Of a DNA stretch of 64,000 nucleotides, positions 27,206-43,375 are shown piece by piece. The stretch's first letter is position 1; every line of letters begins with the position of its first letter. This DNA comes from the human T2T-CHM13v2.0 reference genome, Homo sapiens. The stretch is from assembly GCF_009914755.1 (NCBI RefSeq), contig NC_060937.1; one strand, 5' to 3'. Under the pieces are notes generated by a model, which was given only the letters and a program-made list of their open reading frames with translations, was not told the DNA's origin and did no database searches. A program made the translations under genes and the position numbers.

Positions 27206-28373
27206 AATGCATGCAGACTTCCACTTCCAGACAAAATGCAGAAAATGTACTTTTCCCTGTTCTTTCCACTAAATACAGCTTTAAAAACCCTTGGCGGTGA
27301 TACATAAGACAAACAAAGGAAGACAACAAAATGTAGAGAGAGGGCAGACCAATTAGGGCTTCAGGTGCCAAGAAACATAAGAGGATGAATTCCCTAGGTT
27401 TCCTTTCTGACTCATATATACAAGAAAAGTTGCTAGAGAAGCAGACAACTCAGAAACACCAACAGGCACACACATACGTAAAACTCCAAGAAAATTCTGC
27501 TGTCTCTTGTCAAAAAAGCAGGGAAGCGGCAGGCTACTAAGAAAAAAAAACTCACAGACAACAACCAACCAGTTTAAGCCAAAGGGTACAAATAAAACCC
27601 CAAGCCATATACCTTTTGCAAAGACTTAAAAGGAGGACATAGTCAGCCATTCCCCACTCCTACCCACAGACAACATGATACCACAGCAGGCCAAGTGGGG
27701 ACACAGGACACTCATACCCACTGAGCAGCAACGCGGCTTCCTCCCTCTAGAGTGTGAGTGGAAAAAAAGTGGGGAGCCTGAGTTCAACACCCACCCAATG
27801 ATAAGGACATATCCCTATCCCTCCCTCTACAGAGATATGACAGCAGAGGCCTACTGGAGAATCCAAACTCAAAGCACTGCTCAGTGATAACTTACTTAAC
27901 CACCCCTCCATCCCAGTGTCAGTGGAGGCCAAGTGAAAAGCAGGAACCTTTTGAGCCAGGGTGGTATTCACAAAGGTATAATGCAAGTCCAGAGTTTTCA
28001 TTCCTACTCAGCATTTACTAGGTGTACGTCTCCATCAATGAGTCAACAAAGGCCTACTATGAAACTGGAATCTTCACATACACCTGGGGGTAGTAACAAG
28101 GCTATGCCCCACCTCCACCCCAAAAGCAAATTTTCAGATAAATCCTACTAAAAGGGGGGATTTAAATAAAATGCAGAGCTTCATAACACAACACTTAAAA
28201 TGCAAAGGATTCAACCAAATATAACATGTCATACCATACTAAGAAGCAGGAAAATCTGAACAGGAATTTGAAAATATAGTCAAAAGGTGCAAACAATGAG
28301 TATTCATAGATGTCATAATTATCTATCAAAGATTTTAAACTATATATTATAAAACTGCTTCAACAAGCAATTA

Positions 28374-29200
<827 letters not shown>

Positions 29201-30427
29201 TATATATATATTTTTTAAAAAAAAGCATTAAAGACACTTGTGGTACTATAATAAATGATGCAACATTCCTGTCACTGGAATCTCAGAAAAGGAACATGAT
29301 GCAGCTGAACAATTATTCGAAGACCCACAGATTCAAGAAATTGAATAAATCCTAAGAGGATACACACAAATAAATCAATGCTAATATATATCATAAACTT
29401 CTGAAAACTAATGACTAAACTTAAAAACCTTGAGATAAATAAGAGAAATGACACCTTATCCACAGATGAAAAACAACTCAAATGACAGCAGATTTCTCAC
29501 CCGAAACCATGGAGGCCAGAACAAAGCAGCATAACATTTTTGTAAGTCCTAAAAGAACTGACAACAAAGAATTCTATATCCAGCAAAAACATCCATTAGT
29601 AATGAAAGGGAAATCAAGAAATTGTGAGATGAATGAGAACTAAAAATTAGTTATGAGACAAAACTACACCAAAAGAATAGTGAGAAAAGTTATTGAACCA
29701 GAAAGGAGAATGATAAAAAGAAGGATTCTTAGAACATCCTGAAGGAAGAAAGAACAAACAAATAGTAAAACTATGGGCAATAAAACAGACTTTACTCTTC
29801 CTTGAGTTTCCAAAATAATGTTTAACAATTGAAGCAAAAATTGTTACATGGTGCAAAAGCTATGGTGGGTAAAACTGTTGATGCATTTCCAAAACTGAAG
29901 GCAGCTGGCACCAAGCTGTATTAGAAGTTGTCACATTCTCAACTGGTACTACAACTACAGTAAAAATAATGTAGAGTATCATTGAGAATATCACTGATGA
30001 AGCAGCAAAAATCTTTAATGCTTTAAGTCTTGATCCATGAATACACATCTTTTAATTATCTATGTGACAAAATGAGAAATGAAGCGTAAAATAATTGTTA
30101 CACCACAGTTTTTCTTGAGGAAAGAATTTGTGATCATGTGATTTATAAACTGAAATAACTGCTTTTTTAATGGAACACTGTTTTTACATGTAAGAACAAC
30201 TAAGAAACCACAATTATTAAAACTTGATTATCTGACATATTTCTTCAAAAATGAATAAAGTGAGCCTGCCACTTCAAGGAAAACAACTAAATGAGTGGAC
30301 AATAAGAAGATTTGAAAACCTTACAACCAACAATGTAAGCTTAACTAATTCCAATACTTAAAGACTTTTCTGATGAGATCAGTTGATTATAACAAATGTG
30401 AATTTTGTTATTAACTAAAAATGTGTA

Positions 30428-30725
30428 GGTCTAGGTAAGCTGGCTCACACTTGTAATCCCAGCACTTCGGGATCACTGGAGGTCAGGAGTTCAAGACAAG
30501 CCTAGCCAACATAGTGAAACCCCATCTCTACTAAAAATATGAAAATTAGCTGGGCCTGGTGGTGCATGCCTATAGTCCCAGCTACTCAGGAGGCTGAGGC
30601 ATGAGCATCACCTGAACCCAGGAGACGGAAGTGAGCTGAGATCGCACCACTGCATTCCAGCCTGGGCAACAGAGTGAGATTCTGTCTCAAACAAACAAAA
30701 CAAAACAAAACAAACAAACAAAAAC
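30428..30725 (+). mobile_element. Alu with small internal deletions
   Basis: Dimer with (CAAAA)n tail. Confidence 0.9.
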
Positions 30726-30844
30726 AACCGTATCAATAGTTGGAATATCTGGATCACTCAGTGAACCAATATTTTCCAAAGACCACTTAGTAATCTTATA
30801 AAATCATATATGGGTAAAAGATCCCCTGAAATTGCAAGGTAGTC

Positions 30845-30852
<8 letters not shown>

Positions 30853-30899
<47 letters not shown>

Positions 30900-31181
30900 T
30901 CTGAGATAAAGTCTCACTCTGTTACCCACGCTGGAGTGCAGTGGCACAATCTCGGCTCACTGCAACCTCCACCTCCTGGGTTCAAGAGATTCTCTGCCTC
31001 GGCCTCCCCCGTAGTTGGGATTGCAGGTGCCTGCTACAATGCCTGGCTAATTTTTGTATTTTTAGTAGAGACGGGGTTTCACAATCTTGGCCAGGCTGGT
31101 CTTCAGCTCCTGACCTCGTGATCCACCCACTTCAGCCTCCCAAAGTGCTGGGATTACAGGCGTGAACCACTGCGCCCAGCC
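30853..31181 (-). mobile_element. Alu whose tail region is a (TA)n microsatellite (30853-30894)
   Basis: Antisense dimer flanked by ataaattata on both sides. Confidence 0.93.
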
Positions 31182-33646
31182 CATAAATTATAATTTTAAA
31201 GGATAAAGATATAAAGTTCATTGATGGGATTGCAGTCTTCAGATTGCACCAAACCACTTGAAAAACTTGAGAAACTACCACTTCTCAAGCTTTGGTTTAG
31301 TATCAAACAGGAATATTCATTAGGGCTTGTGCTTTCATTCTTACAGTATATTTTAATAAACAGAAGTTATTTCTCAAATGTAGTTGAATGCTCCAATATT
31401 TTCCTTTACGTTCAGTGCTGTATCTCAAGAACTCTTTTACAAAAATATTATCCTATATTATCTTTTTAAGTATAAATAAAAATAATTATCTTTTTAAAAG
31501 CTTATGAGTTTAGGTGGAAATATGAAGGGCCAAAAGGAATTGGAAGACATTTTCCTACTATTTGTTCTTTCTCTTGATTTTCATGATTCATTATTCTTGT
31601 AGAAGTGACCTTACCACAGTATAAGGTTCACTTATAATCACTGTTCTGCCTTGTAATTTTAGGTGAATTTGTTACAAAATATTATGAAATCTATAGGAAA
31701 AGCCAACTTTCAAAGCTATTAAGCATTTGACTTAACAGTTGAGGGCAATATTATTCAGAAAAATTTCAATCTCATTCCTCAGCGCAAAAAACTGAAATAA
31801 AACTTTACCACTGCCAAGTCAGTAAATTGCTATGTAGAATGGCAATTCAGTATATTCTGCTTCTATATCTAACAAAAATTCATAGGATTTGATGATGAAG
31901 TCCACAAATGCAAGTCAAAATCACTGCTGACACTATTATATAATAGTTCACTAAAACATGACAGATTTAAATATTTTATGCAAAGTACCTGCTAATAAAT
32001 AATACAATAAATAATCAGGCTTTAAACACCTGACATTTAACAAGCTTTTTAAATTTGTCCAACTCAAGTCTTTCTGCTCCACAGTTATTTTTGCCACTAT
32101 CAACTGTAACGCATCTTAGCAGATTCCACTTCAGGTTGTACTAAGTTAGTGTTTGCTCAACTTTTCTGAAAATATTTTCTCTTGTAGTTGTTTCACATAG
32201 ACTATGCATAAACACTAATTCTTCAATCACTTCAAACTCAGCACTGACTTCTGGAATATGTAACAACTGAACAGTACTGGTAACACCTATTCATCCATCA
32301 AAAGCCTAAGAAAACCATGAAAAATCATTCACCCTTCTTTCCAAAATGACTTGATATTACTCCCAATGTCCTTAACTTTTAGAGCAATTACTCTCGCTGA
32401 AAGGCTAATAGTCTTTTTTAAAGTTTATTTTCTATGGACACATCTTTGGTTACCGTAATGAAACATAATTTAATTAACTACTGTTGGTAATGGTTTTCCT
32501 TGCTTGGCTAACAAATAAGCCATTGAAAAAACTTACTTTAATTATAGCCTAATTTCTATTTTTTGTTTTTGAGAAGAAATTCTGCTGTGATAAAATTTTG
32601 TTTTAATTTACTATTTTTTTTCTTACCTTTTAGTTTTATTCCTGTTGGTTGGGAATATTGTGAGAAGTGCCCAGTCTGGCAATGTTGACATATATTATAT
32701 TCTTTTAGCACAGCCATAGTCTTCTAGCATAACAAATATAATGCTTTGCTATCTAATTTGTTAATAATAATATACATTCCACTATGCCAATAAAGTGTTA
32801 CATATAAAGTCCACTTTTCTCCTTTTCTTGTTTTAACATGATAGGTAAGTATGCACTGGTAATGAGAGAAATAAATAAGATGCCAGGGCAATATGTGTGG
32901 TGCACACACACACACACATACTGACAAACAGTAACTATGTCATTGTGATTCGTAGCATGCAGAGCAGCAATTTGAAATATATGTGCTCTCTGCAGCAACC
33001 AACTCTGACACTGTAGTGCAACGGAAGTCATATATAATGCCCAAACAGTTCAGGGAAAGGAAAAGTCACGTGCCTCTCATTTTAACTGAAAAGCTACAAA
33101 TGATTAATCTTAGTGGGGAAGGAATATCAAAAAGTGAGAAAGGCCTAAAGCTAGGCCTCTTGTACCACTCAGCCAATTATGAATGTAAACGAAAAATTCT
33201 TGAATAAAATTAAAAGCACTATGTCAGTGAACATGAAACAATCTTATTGCTAATATGAAGAAAGTTTTAGTGGTCCATATGAAAGATCAAACCAGCCACA
33301 ACATTCCCTTAAGCAAAAAACCTAATCCACAGCAAGGCTCTAAGCTTCTTCAGTTCTATGAAGGCTGAGAGAGGTGAGAAAACTGCAGAAGAAAAACTGG
33401 AAGCAAGTAGAAGTTGGCTCATGAGGAAAAATGCTCTTGTCATAACATAAAAGTGGAAAGTGAAGCAGCAAGTGCTGACATGGAAGCTGTAGCAAGTTAT
33501 CCAGAATATCTATCTAAGATCATTGCTGGAGGTGGCTATACTAAACAAGGTGTTTTAAGTAGACAAAAGAGCCTTCCATTAGAAGAAGATGCCATCTAGG
33601 ACTTTCACAGCTAGAGAGGGAAAATCAATGCCTTGCTTCAAAGTTC

Positions 33647-33759
33647 AGGCTGGGGCCACACCTGTTATTCCAGCACTTTGAGAGGCCAAGGTAAGAGAAT
33701 CACTTGAGCCCAGGAGTTCAAGGCCAGCCTGGACAAAAAGGCGAGACTCTTGTCTCTTT

Positions 33760-33804
<45 letters not shown>

Positions 33805-33806
33805 AA
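33647..33806 (+). mobile_element. FLAM/Alu left monomer with (TAAA)n tail
   Basis: Single monomer followed by (taaa)n. Confidence 0.85.
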
Positions 33807-34213
33807 ACTGACTCTCTTGTTAGGGGCTAATGCAGCTGGTAACTTGACGTTGAAGCTAATGCTCATTTGCCACTCAAAAAGCCCTAGAGCTCTTAAGAAT
33901 TATGCTATATCTAATCTGCTTGCTATCTACATATGGAACAACAGTCTCCTGGATGACAGCACATCTGTTTAGAGGTTGGCTTACTGAATATTTTCAGTCC
34001 ACTGTCAAGACCTACTGCTAAGGAAAAAACATTCATTTCAAAATATTAGCACTCACTAACAATGGACCAGGTCATTAGAGGGCTTTGATGGATATGTTCA
34101 GAAAGAAGAATGTTACTTTCATGCCTGCCAGTACAATACAACATCTATCCTGCAGCCCATGCATCAATGAGTAATTTCAATTTTTAAGTCTTACTGTTTA
34201 AGAAATACATTTC

Positions 34214-34504
34214 AGCCAGGCACGGCAGCTCATGCCTGTAATCCCAGCACTCTGGGACACAAAGGCAGGAGGATCACTTGAAGCCGGGAGTTCGAGAACA
34301 CCCTGGCCAACATGGCAAAACCCCATCTCTACTAAAAATACAAAAATTAGCCAGGCGTGGTGGCACCCACCTGTAGTCCCAGATACTCAGGGGGCTGAGT
34401 CAGGAGAATCACTTGAACCGGGAGGCAGAGGTTGCAGTAAACCAAGATCACACCACTGCACTCCAGCCAGGCTGAGAAAGCGAGACTCCATCTCAAAAAA
34501 AAAA
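34214..34504 (+). mobile_element. Alu
   Basis: Full dimer. Confidence 0.95.
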
Positions 34505-36003
34505 GTGATTCCTGTAGTAGATTTGGGCAAAATAAACTGAAAACCTTCTGGAAAGGCTTCACCACCGTAGATGTCATTAAGAACATTCATAATTCATGAG
34601 AGGAAGTCAAAATATCAACATGAACAGGTGTTTGGAAGAAGTTGATTCCAACTCTCATGGATGACTTTGAGAGGTTCAAGACTCAAGTGGAGGAAGTCAC
34701 TGCAGATGTAGTGGAAACAGCATGAGAATTAGAAGTGGAGCCTGAAGATGTGACTGAATTGCTGCAATCTCATGATAAAACTTGCACAGATTAGGAGTTG
34801 TTCCTTACAGATGAGCCAAGAAAGTGGTTTCTTAAAGATGGAAACTACTCCTGGTGAAAAGGCTGTGAAATTATTGAATGACAACAAAGGATTTAGAATA
34901 CTATATAACCTTAGTTGTTAAAGCAGTGGCAGGGTTTGAGCTGACTCCAATTTTGAAAAAAAGTTCTACTTTTGGGTAAAAAATGCTATCAAACAGCATC
35001 AAGTGCTACAGAGAAATCTTTCATGAAAGAAAGAGGCAATCAATGTAGCAAACTTCATTGTTGTCTTATTGTAAGAAACTGCCAGAGGCACCCCAACCTT
35101 CAGCAATCACTGCTGGCATCAGTCAGCAGCCACCAACATCCTCTATCAGCAAAAAATCTTACAATTTACTGAAAGCTCAGATGATCAGTAGCATTTTTTA
35201 GCAATAAAGTATTTTTAAATTAAAGTATGCACATTGGTTTTTTAAATATAACGCTATTGAACATTTAATAGACTGCAGTAGAATATAAACATAATATTTA
35301 CATACACTGGTAAACCAAAATATTTGTGTGCCTTGCTTTATGGTGATATTCACTTTATTGTGGTAGTCTATAATGGAACCTACAGTATCTCCAAGGTATG
35401 CTTGTATTTACTTTGGTACCAATTCTAGATATACATCTGCATATACCTGGGTATTTAACTTCCTGGTCTCATGTTCCTTAAATAGTTAATAAGAAAGAGT
35501 AATTATGAACCATGCAGACCAATTAACAAGCCTAACTTCCAATATTTTCTTCACTCTGAAATAAGTATTTCCAACATTGTATTATGTCAGAAGTTCTCGG
35601 TTTTGGGGGTGCTGTATCTTAATTTTTCTGTACTCTATTTTCAACTTCACTGACATAATACAAGCTCTATCTTCCTTACAAATTTATAAGGAATCAAATG
35701 AAATGAAATATATAAAAGTTGTCCTCTTTCTCCCATCTTCAAAAAACTTCCCCCTGCATTTCATTTCCTGTTAGCCCTCTCTCCTTCAACAGCCTGGTCT
35801 GTAGAAAGAGTCCATACATGGCCTCCCTCCACTCCCTCATCTTCCATTCACTCCTTGTTCCAAGGCCCTCCCAACACCACTGAAACTTTTTTCAATGCCC
35901 TTTTTTTAATTTTTTTTTAAAAGCAAATTCTGCCCCCAACTTTTCATTCTTTCAGTTGAACCACTTTTTCCAAGACACTGCAGATGTAAAAAATACGTAG
36001 TTA

Positions 36004-37830
<1,827 letters not shown>

Positions 37831-38337
37831 TAAAAGGATAGGTAGGATTTACCGACTGAAAGATGAGAGTGGAAAAAGGAAGGAGGGATAGCAAGAATGG
37901 CGGGCAGGTAGACAGAAAGGTAAAATTCAGCCATGTTCAAAAGGGAACAAATAAAAGCATTGAAAGGTAAGACAGACCTAGTATATTTATGACTTGAATC
38001 CCAAGCTAAGAAACTGGAACATAATTTAGCAGAGAGACTCCAAAAGTTTTACAGCAAAAAGTATTAGAATCATTTATATACTGGGAAAAAATAGCCTCCT
38101 CATTTTAATAATCCAGATTGGGAAATCAGATCTAAAACAGATGTTCAATGGACATCCCATTTCTTTTGTAAAAGCAACTTGAAAGGTCAGACATCAAGTT
38201 GTGTTCTGTTTTTAATTCACAATGAAAATCTGACTACTCATTTATTCAACAAATATTTGAGTACCAGCTATGTGCTAGGCACTGTTCTAAACACGCCAAT
38301 AACATTTATTTAGTGGTACTGATTCTGTACTCTAGAA

Positions 38338-38576
38338 CAATGGTTCTTAACTGGGGAGAGGGAGCAATTTTTGCTGCCCAAGGGACATCTGGCAATGTCT
38401 AAAGATATTTTTGGTTGTCACAGGGGCAGGGGGGAGGGGAGGGGCGCGGGTGTGCTACTATATCTAGTGGATGGAGGCCAGAAATGCTGCTTAACATCCT
38501 ACACACAGGACATACTGCCCGTGACAAGGAATTAGCTAGCCCAAAATGTCAATAGTGCCAAAGTTGAATAAACCTG
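38338..38576 (+). mobile_element. MER20 hAT DNA transposon
   Basis: gggacatctggcaatgtctaaagatatttttggttgtcac...gcccaaaatgtcaatagtgccaaagttga. Confidence 0.88.
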
Positions 38577-40201
38577 TTCAAGAGCAACACATTTCTATTC
38601 CCTCTTCCATAGTAACTGTTAATAAACATTAGTTCCATTTTCTACTATTTCTGTTCTACAATAGAGGCTTTAAAATATCTTAAGAAATATAACACCATTT
38701 TAATAATTTGGCAAGTAGAAGTAAAGATACCATGAATCCTGAGATTTCACTTTCAAAAATGTATAAGCTACATTTATTTTACAATATAACTTTTAGGAAC
38801 AAAGTTGTCTTCTCCTTCTGACACTGTTCTCAAAAACTGTGCTAAAAGCCTTGAGTGATGTTTGATTACTCCTTTTATTTTGGGGTCCTTATAGCTGTTA
38901 ATTACCACATTCTGCCAGTTCTTTCCATGTGAATGCCTCACATTTCAATGGATCTTTTTCTATTACCAATGTATTATCTGAAACATTTTACTAACTGGTT
39001 TTTCTGAAGCTCAATGTCCTTGTCTCCTTCCCTCCCAAGCTATCCCTACCCATTAATACTGTACTTTTCACCTGCTCAAAAGTCCATATGGTTGCCTGTA
39101 ACATACCAAATAAGAACCTAATTCCTAAAGCTTGACATTCAAATCCTTTTTTCAACTAGCTACAATCCACTTTTCCAACTCTTTTTTCCACTGCTCTCCC
39201 TTAGGAGTAGCCTTTTTTAGCAAAATGACTTATTCTGAGATACACAAATAACCTTTCCAGATCAGAGACATCAAAAGCCATTCAGGCTTCACTGAGACAA
39301 AAGATATGCATTCAACTCAGAATAACAGTAAGGAATCAACTTATAGGGAAACCAGATGTAGCCATGTTCTTTAAATATGAGAGATAACCCCGTTGGCTCA
39401 TGCCACTGTCCTTATTTATAACAGCCCGTATTTGCCTTTCTACTTCTCTGAACTCCTTATCCTTCAAATCTACAATCTTTTCAAAAACCCAAACACAGAG
39501 TCACCTCAGTCACCACTACCTGCCCTTCTCCTACCGCACCCAATGCCTGTGGCTTTCAGGTCATTTATTTTGCAATAAACTTGTTATCTCAATTTTACTG
39601 GTTCTCTTTTAGATTCAGACAGCTGAGATTATGATAGATTCATTAGTAAGCTGAATGGGGAAGGAAAGGATATTTACATTCCCAGGCCAATTTTCAATGC
39701 TTTTTGGAAGATTCTGTTAAATTCATAATTTCCAGAACTGGCAAGGAATAGGTAAATATATACACTCATATATTACTGGTAAGAGTATAAATTGGTATAA
39801 TTATCCTACAGTGATATCTGCCAACATTGAAAGTCTTTAAAATCTGTATACCCTTTGGCCTAGGAATTCAACTTGAAAATTTATCATGAGTAAATTATAA
39901 AATGTACAAAGGTTTAACTATAAAGACACTCATCTCTGCATTGTTTCTAACTCTCAAAGATTGAGGGGGAGGGGAAAATCCCTTGTCCAATAAAAAAAGA
40001 CTATTCCATGAATCATTTATTTAAGTAATGTAATACTTTGCAACTACTAAAATCCTATAGTATCATGGTTATTGACATGTAACTCCTTTAATGGCTTTCT
40101 TTCCTAAGCTAAAAAAATACAAACATGATTCCACATAATGTATTTCAAATATTTGTATACATTTTTCTACTTTTCTATATTTTCTACACATCTATATATA
40201 A

Positions 40202-40203
<2 letters not shown>

Positions 40204-40232
<29 letters not shown>
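40204..40232. repeat. (TG)n microsatellite
   Basis: Direct reading. Confidence 0.95.
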
Positions 40233-40235
<3 letters not shown>

Positions 40236-40719
40236 CATGCATGTAAATAAAATATACCTCTAAGTCTTTGTAACCTTAAGATGGTGGAGCAAAATATTTT
40301 TATTTTCTGTTGTTGATTATTTAAAATTTAGCTATATTAAGTTTTTTCTGATTTAGTAAACATACATAAGGCCTATTTATAGTTGAATGGCAGTCTTACA
40401 AAACCTAAGCAACCTTGGTTTACTCTATCTGTGGGAAAAGCATTTTTAGTAGAATGCTTGCGCATCTTCCTACATTCCTGTAATCAAACAGTATTTATCA
40501 TCAACTATGTTGGTGACTCTCACTTTGACATAGGCTGAACCAGAAATCCTAGGAAAAACTGATGACAGAAAGCTAAGGGGAAGGATAGGAAACCGGGAAA
40601 CCCCGGGAAAGGAGGGATTATATTACACATGTTATGGGAACTAGTTTGTATGTGCGGGGCACAGAGCATACACTTAGATAAGAAGGGGGTCATAAAACCA
40701 GAAAGGCAATAAATAGAAT

Positions 40720-40930
40720 GTTATGAGCATGAACTCTAGACGCAAACTGTTCAGGTTCAATCTCACCTCTGCTTTTTACTACATTTATTACCTTAAGCAA
40801 GTCACTTAACTTCTCCCTGCCGTTTCTGCCACATCTGTATAATGGGGATAACAGACCCTACCTTAGAGGGCTGTCACACTAATGAATTCTGAGAATAGTC
40901 CCTGGTACTACAGTTAAGTGCTCATTAGTT
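40720..40930 (+). mobile_element. MIR SINE
   Basis: ccttaagcaagtcacttaacttctc...catctgtataatggggataac. Confidence 0.8.
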
Positions 40931-41632
40931 GTCCACACTCATCATCTTCATTACTCCCATTACTATGATGTGAAGAGTTGTGCTGCTAGGACGGGAGAAG
41001 CAACTTTTCAACACCAATCACTTTTTTAGACGGCCTCCTTTCTAGCCTTGTTAGTTGCCCAAATTCTGAAAAAAACAAGAACTAAGACTCTAGAAGGAGA
41101 TCCGAGAGGCAGACGTGTGTCTCTGTGTGTGTTTGTGTGTGTGTGTAGGTGCGTGTGCATGTAGACGAAGGAGGAATCAGGAGTAATGCCAAGAATGAGA
41201 ATCAAATCTGTATAAGCAGTTCAGAAAAGGGGCATCATGAGTCGCTCTTCTCAGTGCTGCCCCAAGGGTTCCACAGTTTGCTCCTTCCATCATTCACTTG
41301 GATAAAACCTTTCAATGTCTCTCCATGGCCTTCAGAGTTAAATCAAAACTATTCCTTGGAATGACTTAAAACCCATACTACCTCTAAAGCCTCATCTCTT
41401 GGCTCTCTCGCACCAAGCTCACTGAGCTTCCAGCCCTACCAAATTTCTTCAGTAACAACCTCTCACATCTCAGAGCCTTTGCATATGCTGCTCCCTCTGC
41501 CTGAAAAGTAACCTCTACCTCCTCCAATAGCAAACTGCTACTCAACCTTCAAAACACAGCTCAAGGATAACTCCAGAGCTCTTTCGTGATTTCAAGCTAA
41601 ATGACTCTGCTATATTATCCCCCATGTGCATA

Positions 41633-42206
41633 ACACCATCACTACCACCACCACCACCACCACTAAAACCACGACCACCACTACCACCACTACCACCACC
41701 ACCACCACCAACACCAACACCACCACCATCACCACTACCACTACCACCACCACCAACACCATCACCACTACGACCACCACCACCACCACTACCACCACCA
41801 CCACCACCACTACCACCACCACCACCATCACCACTAAAACCACGACCACCACCACCACCATCACCACCATCACCACCACCACCACCACCATCACCACCAC
41901 CACCACCACCACCATCACCACCACCACCACCATCACCACCACCATCACCACCACCACCACCACCACCATCACCACCACCATCACCACCACCAACACCACC
42001 ACCATCACCACTACCACCACCACTACCACTATCACCACCACCACCATCACCACTACCACCACCACCACCAGCATCACCACCACTACCACCACCACCATCA
42101 GCACCATCACCACCATCACCACCACCACCACCACCACTACCACCACCACCACCACCACCACTACCACCACCACCAACACCACCCCCACCACTACCACCAC
42201 CACCAC
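41633..42206. repeat. Long imperfect (CCA)n/(TGG)n trinucleotide tract, ~570 bp
   Basis: CCA units interrupted by CTA, TCA, ACA and CGA; source of the poly-P/T/G/V ORFs. Confidence 0.98.
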
Positions 42207-42329
42207 ACTGCACTGATCCACCACTAGCCAATGACTTCTTTAGAGATCTTGTCTTTGGGTATTTCCAGATACTGTCCTATACAGTAACAGATACATTAAA
42301 AATAATAGTTTTAAAAATTTATTAATCAC

Positions 42330-43055
42330 AGCTGGAAAATACAGTGAACCTACTGACTACACTGGAAACTGGTAAAGAAAGGTAAACAAGCAAACATTTA
42401 TTCTGCCTTTCCCATATGAACAGTTACACTGGGCAACCAAGTAAGAGGTGCTGGAAACTTTTCTTTTTATAAAACAGTATTCCAGATAGTAAAATGAAGG
42501 AGTAACACAACTAGAACATTATCATTTTACAACCCTTAATGAATCAACGGATCTGGGCATTAGTCACCAACAGTTGCTAGTGTCACAAAAAGAGACAATC
42601 ACATTTTGTGCCTCCTGATGAAAGAATGCACCACAACTACAAAGCAGTCTTGTAAAATAAAACTGAACCTGACTCTGACCAAGCCTCTGGTTCCAACTAC
42701 TCATTTGGAAATACAGAAAATAGAGAAACATCAGGGATAAACCTGGTATTGAATCTCAGGAATCAGCAAAATCCTGACTACGGGAACTCTACAGGGCAAA
42801 TAACCCATTTCTTTAACAAATAAATTGCGAGAATAAAAAGGAAAGTGGTAACCTACAGATTAAGAGACTTAATCGCAATATGTAAGCCTTATTCAAATAC
42901 TTTAAAAAACTGAGACATGTTTACCTGAACATAGAATATTTGATGATATTATGGATTTAACTGTCAATTTTTTTTTAAGTATGATGGTGGTATTAGGTTT
43001 TTCTTAAGCCTTCACTTTTTAGAACTACATTCTCTAATATTTATAAATGATATCA
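42330..43055 (+). mobile_element. Old L1MC/ME 3' fragment
   Basis: aagcaaacatttattctgcctttcc, ctacagattaagagacttaa, gaatatttgatgatatta. Confidence 0.6.
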
Positions 43056-43067
43056 CATTATGCCTGA

Positions 43068-43375
43068 GGCCAGGTGCAGTGGCTCATGCCTGTAATCCCA
43101 GCACTTTGGGAGGCTGAGGCGGGTGAACCACCTGAGGTCAGGAGTTCAAGACCAGCCTGGCCAACACAGTGAAACCCCGACTCTACTAAAAATACAAAAA
43201 TTAGCCTGGCGTGGTAGCACTCGCCTATAATCCCAGCTACTTGGGAGGCTGAGGGAGGAGAAGTGCTTGAACCTGAGAGGTGAGGTTGCAGTGAGCTGAG
43301 ATCACACCACTGCACCCAGCCCGGGTGACAGAATGAGACTCCATCTCAAAAAAAAATTAATAAAAGTAAAAATAA
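43068..43375 (+). mobile_element. Alu (AluS)
   Basis: Full dimer. Confidence 0.95.

Larger units (their letters stand above)
29850..31320 (+). mobile_element. Charlie1-like hAT transposon remnant interrupted by two Alus
   Basis: ggtgcaaaagctatggtgggtaaaactg, cagtgaaccaatattttccaaa, atgggtaaaagatcc. Confidence 0.7.
33045..35404 (+). mobile_element. Tigger1 DNA transposon (5'-truncated, degenerate transposase), interrupted by FLAM and Alu
   Basis: aagctaggcctcttg, gaagaagatgccatctaggactttc, ttggaagaagttgattccaac; right TIR ...tctccaaggtatgcttg followed by TA. Confidence 0.92.

Noticed and set aside
32983-35172. Tigger transposase ORFs (TIGD-like gene)
   Set aside because: Broken by stops, frameshifts and two Alu insertions; the left end is missing.
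39253-39412. Possible minus-strand exon (ataag|GACAGT...GGAAAG|gttatt)
   Set aside because: No polypyrimidine tract, weak donor and no recognisable reading frame.
41542-42325. Long poly-Gly, poly-Val, poly-Pro and poly-Thr ORFs (extensin- or mucin-like)
   Set aside because: They are frame by-products of the (CCA)n tract, open on both strands, with no splice or gene context.
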